Positions 7,443 to 16,600 of a stretch of DNA of 41,809 nt are shown here, piece after piece; positions within the stretch are counted from its first letter, which is position 1, and the number at the start of each line of letters is the position of its first letter. The notes beneath the pieces were generated by a model. The model saw only the letters and a list, made by a program, of their open reading frames with translations. It was not told the DNA's origin and ran no database searches. Source of the DNA: a virus (taxonomy: Duplodnaviria > Caudoviricetes); the IMG/VR virus record IMGVR_UViG_3300049811_000191, positions 1 through 41,809 of that record; one strand, written 5' to 3'. The translations under genes were made by a program, and so were the position numbers.

Positions 7443-8993
7443 ATGTCAGTAGTAAATCAATCACAAACAGGATATTCTTGGTCATTTTCCGGTTTTGATG
7501 AAGGTAATTCAGGAACTTACGCTTGGGCGCAATCTTTTACACCTTCTTCTAACGGTAGACTACATTCAATAAACTTGAGATTCTACAAAAACGGTTCACC
7601 TACCGGGAATATACATGCAAAAATATACAGCGATAATTCAAATACACCAGACAGCGCAATAGGTGAAGCAGATAGTGTGGTTACATTTGGTTCAGTAAGT
7701 GAATCCGGAACAGAAGTTTTATTTGAGTTTTTTAATTCGCAAATTGATCTTGTTGCAAGCACAAGATATTGGATTGTGTATTACGTAACTGATTACACCT
7801 ATGGACAATACAATAATATTGGGGCAATGGGTGAAACTTCAGAATCTTCCAATCCATATTCTTCCGGAAAGCTGATGTTTAGCACAAACTTTGATCAGGA
7901 AACGCCATCTTGGAATGATAATAATGCGTATGAAGGAGCAAGTGGATGGGATGATGCGTACTTTGTTCAGTATTATGCAGAATCATCATTAAGTGCTTCA
8001 CCAAGCGTAACTCCAAGCTCAAGTATTAGTCTATCACCAAGCTCTTCTTTATCACCATCATCTTCTGTATCTTCTTCACCATCTGAAGGATCATCACCAT
8101 CACTTTCACCAAGCTTATCTCCAAGCGTAACTCCAAGCTCAAGTGTCAGTCTATCTGTATCTTTGTCTATAAGCAGGTCATATAGCGCTTCTGTTTCTCC
8201 AAGTTCTTCTCTTTCATCATCAATTTCACCTAGCCCATCCCCGGCGTATATATGTCAACCAGTGCAGCTTATTGCAGAATCACTTAATACAAATGGCATA
8301 TCCTCAGAAAATGGTGGTTTATGGGCCTATGGCCAGTCATTTAAAAGAAGCACAGATGAGCCAATAAGTAAGATTACAGTTGCGGTATACAAGACCGGCA
8401 CTAATATATCCGGGAGCTTGAGGTTGCTACTTATGTCATCAAATTTAGGCGCTCCACAGTCCATAATTTCAACTTCTACCAATACACATGACATTGCAAA
8501 TTTAGATGAAGTCACAGTTGAATATCTTGATTTTTACTTTACGCCAATTTACCTAAATCCAAACACCACATATTTTTGGGTAATAGATGGGGTAGATATA
8601 GGTGTCACAAGCACAGCCGCTATAGTGCCATGTGGTTATGAAGCATTTACATTAGCTGAGGATTCATATACAGACGGCAAATTGATGTTCACACAAGCAT
8701 TTGATGGTATTGGTGATACATGGCTTGATGCAGCGCCGGGTGGTGAAGGAATAGGTGAGTGGATGGATGCATATTTCAGAGTTTGTTATGATCCGGAAGC
8801 ATTTTCTAAGTCACTATCTGTTTCTTTATCATCTTCTGCATCAATTTCACCAAGCGCTACACCATCTGCATCTTATTCTTTAAGTCCATCTCTATCACCT
8901 TCCATATCACCAAGCCCATCAAGATCACAGTATGAGGATATGTATCAGAAGAAAAATACCATCTACACTGATAAATACCGGGTTTGGGTGTAG
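7443..8993 (+). CDS. Serine-rich-repeat putative virion fibre/adhesin 2
   Basis: Two homologous beta domains (QSF...KxG...DAYF), two Ser/Pro tracts and C-terminal YEDMYQKKNTIYTDKY. Start taken at ATG 7443. Confidence 0.8.
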   Translation: MSVVNQSQTGYSWSFSGFDEGNSGTYAWAQSFTPSSNGRLHSINLRFYKNGSPTGNIHAKIYSDNSNTPDSAIGEADSVVTFGSVSESGTEVLFEFFNSQIDLVASTRYWIVYYVTDYTYGQYNNIGAMGETSESSNPYSSGKLMFSTNFDQETPSWNDNNAYEGASGWDDAYFVQYYAESSLSASPSVTPSSSISLSPSSSLSPSSSVSSSPSEGSSPSLSPSLSPSVTPSSSVSLSVSLSISRSYSASVSPSSSLSSSISPSPSPAYICQPVQLIAESLNTNGISSENGGLWAYGQSFKRSTDEPISKITVAVYKTGTNISGSLRLLLMSSNLGAPQSIISTSTNTHDIANLDEVTVEYLDFYFTPIYLNPNTTYFWVIDGVDIGVTSTAAIVPCGYEAFTLAEDSYTDGKLMFTQAFDGIGDTWLDAAPGGEGIGEWMDAYFRVCYDPEAFSKSLSVSLSSSASISPSATPSASYSLSPSLSPSISPSPSRSQYEDMYQKKNTIYTDKYRVWV

Positions 8994-9023
8994 TTGCAGA
9001 AAAATAGTTTAGCAGTTTACTAT
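8994..9023 (+). promoter_or_regulatory. Putative late promoter (ATAG class), leaderless
   Basis: TTGCAG-AAAA-ATAG..., 18-bp spacer, TACTAT. ATG at 9031. Confidence 0.7.
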
Positions 9024-9030
9024 ATGAGAT

Positions 9031-10698
9031 ATGTCAATGTATGAAGTAACATCATTTATAGGCGGTCTTTCAGATTATGAAGACAGGGGAGTTAGAGGCT
9101 CATTTAAGTTTGGAGCCAATCTTAATGTCCGGCGCAATCGTGATAGTCTATATCCTAACCAAGCATTAATAGATGAGGGTTTAAAAGAATATAGCCAATC
9201 ACCATCAGCTTCCGTTTCACCTTCTGCATCAGCCAGTAGGAGCATATCACCAAGTCCATCTGCTTCTCCAAGCTCAGTAAGTCCAAGCAGAAGCCCATCT
9301 ATATCCGTGTCTTTGTCACCTTCTCCATCAACAGGTGCTTCTTCATCACCTTCCGCATCAGTTTCACTTTCGCCAAGCTTTTCTCCATCTATTACTCCAT
9401 CATCAAGTATTTCACCAAGTCCATCACCATCAGGCGGTGCAGGTATAACTACAGTATTTCAAGACTTAATCAGGTTTTATGTGAAATGCACAGATGGGTA
9501 TACCTATGGATTTGGATCAACCGGGTATATCTATAGGCGTGATCAGGGCAGTTCATGGGTTCAGGTGTATAAAGATCCGGATGGTGAGATTAAAGGAGCC
9601 GCAGAATGGCCAAGTGCATCCGGATCAACTTTCCTGTATTGGGCTACAGATAAAAAGCTAAATCGCAAGCTTATTCCGGGCCTTGGTAACTGGAATGATG
9701 TCAATCAGGGTGGCTTGGGAGTATGGCCAAAAACAGATCTGCAAAGCTCACCTTGGCACACTATGAGAGAATGCGGCGGCTCACTTATCATTGCAAATGG
9801 GCCGTATTTGGCGCTTGTTGGCTATGATCAGTCATATGCAAATGAAGCGCTTGATCTTATACCCGGAAACATTGCAACAACTCTAGTTGAAAGAAACGGT
9901 AGAACAATAATTGGCACATCACGAAAGGACAATCCATCTAAAAGCGTGAATGCTGCAATAGATTGTGAAGTTCCGCTTGCACAAATAGGAGATGATGGCG
10001 GAATATTCTTTGCTAACATGACAGACACCATTCCAGTTAAAGCATTTCCCGGAGGTGGGAAATGTAATCCGGGTGGTGTCTGTAACTCTTTTAATCCGGT
10101 AACTTTCTTTGAATGGGAACAAACGGCCCTAAATTGGATAGATAAGCAAGAGGTGGGTAATTTGGCATTATTTGGCGTATACAGCGCAATTACCGGCAAA
10201 AATGGGGTATACAGCTATGGAAGGACAGACAAAAACAAGCCATTTATATTGAATCTTGAATATGAGCTTGATGTTGATGAAATCGGAGCAATTACGATGG
10301 TTGATGATTTGCTTCTCATATCTTACCGGGATGGATCATCATTTGGAGTAAAAGCAGTAGATCCAAATAACAAAGCTACAGGAACATATGAAGGTTTGGA
10401 GTTTAAAGCGCCGCCAAAAATACCGGAAAAGATTACAGTTTGGAACAAAGTAGAGCTATGGATGGCTCCATTGCCAGCAAATACCAGTGTTGAATACTAT
10501 TATCGGTTAAACAAGACAGGTAATTATGTTAAGGCAAAAACGGCGCTTGGAGATGATGCACATGATATTGTTGGATCTCAGCAAGCAGTTTTTTCTATAG
10601 CCGGGGCCGGTGAAGTATACGAGCATCAAATAAAGCTTATTCCATCAGGTAATACAGCGCCGGAGATATTTAGAGAAAGAGTATTTTTTGATGTTTAA
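9031..10698 (+). CDS. Putative tail nozzle/hub protein with an inserted Ser/Pro tract
   Basis: N-terminal SFIGGLSD resembles podovirus nozzle starts. Beta-rich body, ~80-aa SPS insert (~9193-9432), located in the tail module. Confidence 0.6.
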   Translation: MSMYEVTSFIGGLSDYEDRGVRGSFKFGANLNVRRNRDSLYPNQALIDEGLKEYSQSPSASVSPSASASRSISPSPSASPSSVSPSRSPSISVSLSPSPSTGASSSPSASVSLSPSFSPSITPSSSISPSPSPSGGAGITTVFQDLIRFYVKCTDGYTYGFGSTGYIYRRDQGSSWVQVYKDPDGEIKGAAEWPSASGSTFLYWATDKKLNRKLIPGLGNWNDVNQGGLGVWPKTDLQSSPWHTMRECGGSLIIANGPYLALVGYDQSYANEALDLIPGNIATTLVERNGRTIIGTSRKDNPSKSVNAAIDCEVPLAQIGDDGGIFFANMTDTIPVKAFPGGGKCNPGGVCNSFNPVTFFEWEQTALNWIDKQEVGNLALFGVYSAITGKNGVYSYGRTDKNKPFILNLEYELDVDEIGAITMVDDLLLISYRDGSSFGVKAVDPNNKATGTYEGLEFKAPPKIPEKITVWNKVELWMAPLPANTSVEYYYRLNKTGNYVKAKTALGDDAHDIVGSQQAVFSIAGAGEVYEHQIKLIPSGNTAPEIFRERVFFDV

Positions 10699-10700
10699 TT

Positions 10701-11774
10701 ATGGCAGAAGTTAAAGTTTATACACCAGAGGTTATAGAAGACAAGCCGTTTCCAATAAGCGGTGATCAGCCAGTTCTTGAATCTAATTCATCATCTACTC
10801 AAAAGCAGCAAGTATTTGCGCCAAAAGAAACACAGGAACAAGGTTTTCCGCTTAAAATGGTGGCAAAAGAGCTATTTTCTACAGCCATTAATACCATAAG
10901 CAAAAAGATTCTAAAAACATTTGAATTTGCCAAATCAGGCGCTTTGCAGATAGGAGAATACATACATGGCGTGGGTGGTGAGATAAAAATATCACCAGAT
11001 GGGATAGTAGCAAAGAACAAAGATGGTAACACTACATTTGCACTTGATGGAACAACCGGGGATGCGATATTTTCAGGTGATGTAAGAGCTGCTACATTTA
11101 CTTCAGATTATTTTACTGTTGATAATAAGGGAAATGTTATTGCGAGAAGCATCAGGTTTATTAATCAAGAACAGACCGTAAAGGAAGATGCAAATGGCTT
11201 TATGGAGATATATTCAAGTAAAGATTACACACCAAATACTCCGCCATATGATCCGGAATTTGCTTCATCTGTACCAAATCCAACACTTATTGAAGATGTA
11301 GAGGTAAAAATAGATCTTCTTAATCGTTCTTATGTCAATTTTGATATAACTGTAGATGCAGACATTTTACAATCAGCAGCAGAATTAGCGGCTGATACTA
11401 CTTTTTGGTTACAATGCCCTATTTACGTAGTAGAGATTAAAAATGGAACATATGTGACTGATCCTTATGGGTATATTATTAATGCAATAACAGGCGGTAG
11501 AATAGGTCTTGATACTGATGTTACTGGAAATTCATACGTATCATATGATGCAGATTACAGAAATGATATTACTGCTTATAGCGGTGTAGATTCATATGGT
11601 AGAGTTGCTGGAAAAAGAAGAACATATGATATTGCAAAAGTTGATGTGGGAGAGCATGTATATAGACTATTGGTTCTTCCTAAGACTTGGCGGCATGATG
11701 GTACATGGGATAGTGAAGCTCACTTGTTTATAAGAGCAGCTAAATTATCGGTGTTTACTCTTGGTACTGTTTAA
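10701..11774 (+). CDS. Putative tail fibre/needle protein
   Basis: ISPDGIVAKNKDGNTTFALDGTTGDAIFSGDV resembles triple-beta fibre shafts. Beta-rich C-terminus. Confidence 0.55.
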   Translation: MAEVKVYTPEVIEDKPFPISGDQPVLESNSSSTQKQQVFAPKETQEQGFPLKMVAKELFSTAINTISKKILKTFEFAKSGALQIGEYIHGVGGEIKISPDGIVAKNKDGNTTFALDGTTGDAIFSGDVRAATFTSDYFTVDNKGNVIARSIRFINQEQTVKEDANGFMEIYSSKDYTPNTPPYDPEFASSVPNPTLIEDVEVKIDLLNRSYVNFDITVDADILQSAAELAADTTFWLQCPIYVVEIKNGTYVTDPYGYIINAITGGRIGLDTDVTGNSYVSYDADYRNDITAYSGVDSYGRVAGKRRTYDIAKVDVGEHVYRLLVLPKTWRHDGTWDSEAHLFIRAAKLSVFTLGTV

Positions 11775-11778
11775 TCTC

Positions 11779-11808
11779 TTGCACATAAATAGATCTGAGA
11801 TATATCCT
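11779..11808 (+). promoter_or_regulatory. Putative late promoter (ATAG class), leaderless
   Basis: TTGCAC-ATAA-ATAG..., 18-bp spacer, TATCCT. ATG at 11816. Confidence 0.7.
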
Positions 11809-11815
11809 TATTCTC

Positions 11816-12487
11816 ATGGATACACTTTCAGAGATGCGAACAGCATTATATTCAGACTTAAACGCCAACAATCAAAGTACGCTATTTACTACAGATGTTG
11901 TTGATCTAGCGCTAAATAGAGCCTACAGAAAAGCCGGAGCCTTGTATCTATGGCCGGAAACTGAAGATGCAAAGAAAACCACAACACAGATAAATCAGGA
12001 ATATTATGATTTTCCGGACAATTGGGTTCCGGATTCTATGTGGAAACTTACGGTAGCCGGTGAAGATTATGGTGATCCTCTTGAATTTAAAGATTATCTA
12101 TATGAAAAAGAAAATGATATTCCATCCGGTGCTGATAATCTTTGGTCTATGCAGTGGAGAAGGTTCTTTTTGTATCCAACTCCAACTTCAGCCGGAGTTG
12201 AGATAAGTATTTGGGGCCAGAAAGTAGTTGATAAGATGGTAGAAGAAGAAGACACAACTATATTCTCTTATGCCATGCCGGAATGTAATGATGCTATCGT
12301 GCTTGAAGCCGGGGCCATTTTAAGAGCTAAAGCAGAAGACAAAGAAACAAGTATTTTCAAGTCAAATGAAGCAAAACAGCTTCTTACTATTTCATATAGC
12401 AAAATAAAGCGGGCCAAGGCAAGGCAAAAGAAAACACAGTCATTTTTTAATGTTCCGGATTTTTTTGGTAAAAATTCAAGCTTTTAA
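11816..12487 (+). CDS. Putative head-tail adaptor (podovirus type)
   Basis: TLSEMRT...LNRAY...EYYDFPD...FFLYPTP pattern, with typical size and position. Confidence 0.65.
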   Translation: MDTLSEMRTALYSDLNANNQSTLFTTDVVDLALNRAYRKAGALYLWPETEDAKKTTTQINQEYYDFPDNWVPDSMWKLTVAGEDYGDPLEFKDYLYEKENDIPSGADNLWSMQWRRFFLYPTPTSAGVEISIWGQKVVDKMVEEEDTTIFSYAMPECNDAIVLEAGAILRAKAEDKETSIFKSNEAKQLLTISYSKIKRAKARQKKTQSFFNVPDFFGKNSSF

Positions 12488-12489
12488 TT

Positions 12490-13674
12490 ATGGGAGTATA
12501 TTCACCAAGTCAACTAGGAATAAACGCTAACACAACCGGCGGCGTGTTTAAAAACGGCGCATGGTATAACGGTAGGCAGTATTGGGATGGCACACTGTCT
12601 GATCCGGGTGTAATTCATCCTAATTCTCCACAGCAAGGGGCCGGACAAGAGGTTTCAAAAGAAGTTGTGCAGCAAACTAATCCTAATAATTGGGATTATA
12701 TACAGAATGAAAAAGCAAGACAGGCTTGGGGCAACATTGATCAAGCTACAGGATTGCCAAAAGTTAATAAGCCAGTAGTTGCAGCACAAGCGCCGGCAGC
12801 AACAAAGCCAACAGCAACAAAGCCAACAGGCTCAGTAACCATGCCGCAAGTACCAACAATTGACTTAAAAACGACATTCAATAGTCTTTGGGAATCATCC
12901 GGAATTGGTGATATAGAGCGAAGCATCTCAGATATTGAAAAGCGCATGGCAAGCAAGCAGCAGGGATATAATACGGCGGCTTCAAACTACAATGATAATC
13001 CATTTTTATCAGAAGGTGACAGAGTGGGTAGAAATCAAAAGCTTGCAACAGACTATCAGAATGCTATAGCCGCAGATCAAAACGAGCTTGCAATGAAGAA
13101 AAATGATCTTGCAACCAAAAAAGCTGATATAGAAACAAAACTTAATATTGAGCTTAAACAGTTTGATATTAATTCAAATGCTGCACAAACAGCTATGCAG
13201 CAATTTAATACGCTTCTATCTATGGGAGCGCTTGATGGGGCCAGTGGTGAGGATATTGCCAACATTACAAGGCAAACAGGGCTATCTAGCACAATGATTC
13301 AGTCAGCAATAAACGCCAAGAATCAAAAAGCTATAGAAACATCTGTTATAAACTTTGACGATGGAGAGAATCAGGGCTTTGTGGTTATAAACAAAGAAAC
13401 AGGAGAGATTATAAACAAAGAAAACATTGCTACTAGCAAGCCAAAAGAGGTAAAAGAGGCTTCTAAAGATGATAAGTCTTCATATTATGCACAGGCATTA
13501 CGAGAAGATGCAGCAAAGGGAATGAAGCTTGGACAAATATTTTCACTGTATACCGGCTATCTTGATCCGGATATGATCTATCAGCTTTACAACGCCAATA
13601 GTAAATATGGGCCAGATACCGGAGATTATGACAAGCTTGTGAAGATGTATGGGCTTAAACAACAAAGTTACTAA
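12490..13674 (+). CDS. Putative internal virion/ejection protein
   Basis: Q/A/N-rich coiled-coil protein between the adaptor and the large internal proteins. Confidence 0.55.
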   Translation: MGVYSPSQLGINANTTGGVFKNGAWYNGRQYWDGTLSDPGVIHPNSPQQGAGQEVSKEVVQQTNPNNWDYIQNEKARQAWGNIDQATGLPKVNKPVVAAQAPAATKPTATKPTGSVTMPQVPTIDLKTTFNSLWESSGIGDIERSISDIEKRMASKQQGYNTAASNYNDNPFLSEGDRVGRNQKLATDYQNAIAADQNELAMKKNDLATKKADIETKLNIELKQFDINSNAAQTAMQQFNTLLSMGALDGASGEDIANITRQTGLSSTMIQSAINAKNQKAIETSVINFDDGENQGFVVINKETGEIINKENIATSKPKEVKEASKDDKSSYYAQALREDAAKGMKLGQIFSLYTGYLDPDMIYQLYNANSKYGPDTGDYDKLVKMYGLKQQSY

Positions 13675-13688
13675 TTGATACCTACTAT

Positions 13689-16600
13689 ATGGCATTTTCT
13701 GATCCGGTATTTGAAAAAAGAAGAGCAACATTTGGTGGCAGCTCACAAGGCAGCACACAAAAAACAACAAATTCAGGTTCTTCTTTTGTAGATCCAGTAT
13801 TTGAAAAGCGCCGCATGGAGATAATCAAAACTCCTTCACAACCTACTAAAAAACAGATCACAGCGCCAGTGACATTATCTCAGCCTAAAAAACAGAATCT
13901 TGTTGAAAGAACTACAGATAATCTTGCATGGGCCGGGAATACGGCTCTTGATAATGCAGCTAGTCTTGTTAAAAAGATAGGCAATTTTACGGTTAAGCTT
14001 GTGACACCAAAACCAACAGCAATGCAGCAAGAGGTGGCAAAACTTACACAAACTCCTATTAAGCTATCCCCGGATCAAAAAAAACTTACTACAGAACAGC
14101 TACAACAGGTTGCAGTACCAAGCGCATCACTAAAGCAGCAAAGTAAGCAAGAGTCACTTAAAAAAGCGCAAGAGATAAGAAAAACTACATCTGAAAAGAT
14201 AAGAGCGCTTGAAAAAGTGTTTGATTCACAAGTGGTTAAGCAAAGAGAAGTTAAAAAGGGATATAAAGAGCCGGGCATATTTGGAGATGCAGTAGAGGCA
14301 CTATCTCAAGGTATAGTTAATACGATGGGAATTATTGGGGCTGGAGTTGAAAAATTAGGTAGACAAGCTAAGCCAAATCCATATGATATTCAGGGTATAA
14401 CAAATAAGTTTTTAATGACAAATGTAGGAAGAAAATTAAGCGCTGAAGCAGATAATATTATTGCTAGTAATCCAGAGTGGAATCCAGATCCAAAAGCGAA
14501 ACCGTATGAAGCAAAAAGCATAGCAAGACTTTGGGCCGCTACGGCTCCTTCTATTTTAATAAACATTGCCGCCACACTAGCTACTTACCCTGTTGGTGGT
14601 GTTGGTGGTTATGTTACTGGTTATCTTATGGAATCAGGAGCAACTTACAAAGAGGCAAAGAAAATGGGCGTAAGTGAAGAAAAAGCACAATTGTATGGTG
14701 ATATTGTCGGTGTAGTAAATTCAATATTTGAACATCTTTTGCCGGGGAGCATGACTTATGGAAAAAAAATAGTTAAGGGTATGTTTATGTCAGGAGCTAA
14801 AGAAGTTGTGGAACAAGGGGTAAAAGAAACAACAAAAAAAAGTGTTGACATTATAAGCAAATCTCTTGCAAAAGAAGTATTAAAAAATTTAGGTAAATTT
14901 GGTCTAAAAATGGCTAAAAACGGAGCCATAGAAGGTGGAACGGAAGCAATACAAGAGATGTGGGCAAATGTTATAGCGATGAATTACGATAAAAATAGAA
15001 AATATTATGATAATGCATTTACATCTGCAATAGGTGGATTTCTGGGTGGAGCAACATTTGGTGGTGGATCAGAAGAGGCCATTCAGCAATCAGGCATAAT
15101 TCCAGACGGTACATATACGCCGGAGCAGGTTATAGGCAAGCTCATCCAAACGAAAATGAATGAAACTACAGAAGGTAAAGAGCTTATGAAAACAGCCTTA
15201 CAAGCTAAGGAAACCGGACAACAAATTGAAGTTAAAAATGACGCTATAGTTAATAGTGAAGTGCAAACTATAAACCAAGAAGAAGTAAAATCAGTTGAGA
15301 AAGAAAGCGGCAAGCAATCATCAGCTTCATCACTACAAAAAGAGATAGATCAGATACTTGGAGTAGATGAAAGCATAAAAAATATAGTCAAAAAAGACGG
15401 TGTAAGAGGTAAAAGCTATTTGGCAATGCAAAAGGCGGCAGATGCAGGTGATAAGCAAGTAATGGCAAATATAGATAGAATAGTTGAGCTTCAAACAAAG
15501 ATTGATGATTTACAAGAAACTAAACGCAAAAATACAAAAGCTAAAAAGAAAACTATTAATAAAAAACAGTCAGCAAAAGAATACATAGAAAAAACGGTGA
15601 AAGAAAGAACAACGAAGTTCAGAATCAGCAAAGAAGAGCAACAAAACATAGATCAGGAAGCAGATGTTCTGCAACAACTACTTGCTAAAGATGAAGTAAA
15701 TACCAGATTGTTTCATGATGCAAAAAGTGTTAATCCAATAGAAAACTTTGAAGACATGGAATACATTGTTAGAAGGATAGGACAAGGTAAAGCAACAATG
15801 GAAGATATAAGTGCCGGATTCGCAATACTTGAACAAAATGGATATACGCCGGGCCTTATTAAAGCAATGGTAACAGCAGATGCATATATAAAAAACAAGA
15901 AAGGCCCTAGATTTAGAGAAGAAACAGATCAAAATAAACAGTTGGAAGAACTGCTTGCTATAGAACGGCCAAATTTGGAACAAATCAAGCTCATTAATAA
16001 ACTTCGTGCTGAACAGATGGCACAAAAACAGGCCAAATCAGCAGAAGACATAGGAGAAGAAAAAATGGGTTGGAAAGATGGACGAAAGGATGAGTTTGAT
16101 AATGCGGTTGATTTAAAGAATGTAGATAAAGTGCGTGAAATGTTGCCGGAAGTGCCAGCGTATTACAAAGAAGAGTTTAAAGGCAAGATTGATGAAGCAA
16201 TAAGAATGGGCGAATTGATGCAAGAGGCTGAAAAATATAAAACGGCGGAAGAGTTTATAAAAGCACAAAAGCTTGTATATCATGGAACTACTGCTAATTT
16301 AAAAGAATTTAGCAATGACACTGGAACATTCTTTACAGATGATTACATGAACGCTGATGGATATGCGAGTGGTGAAAATGTCTATGAAGGATATATAAGA
16401 TTTATAAATCCTTTAATAATTGATGCAAAGGGAAGGATGCATAATGATATTGATACAGAATACGGCAAAACAACTAGAGAGGTCGTAGCAAATGTTGATA
16501 GTAAAAAATATGACGGAATAATATTTGAAAATATAAAAGACAGTTGGATTGATGATGCAGAAGCTCAAGATCCAAGCACAATATATTATGCTTTTAGGCC

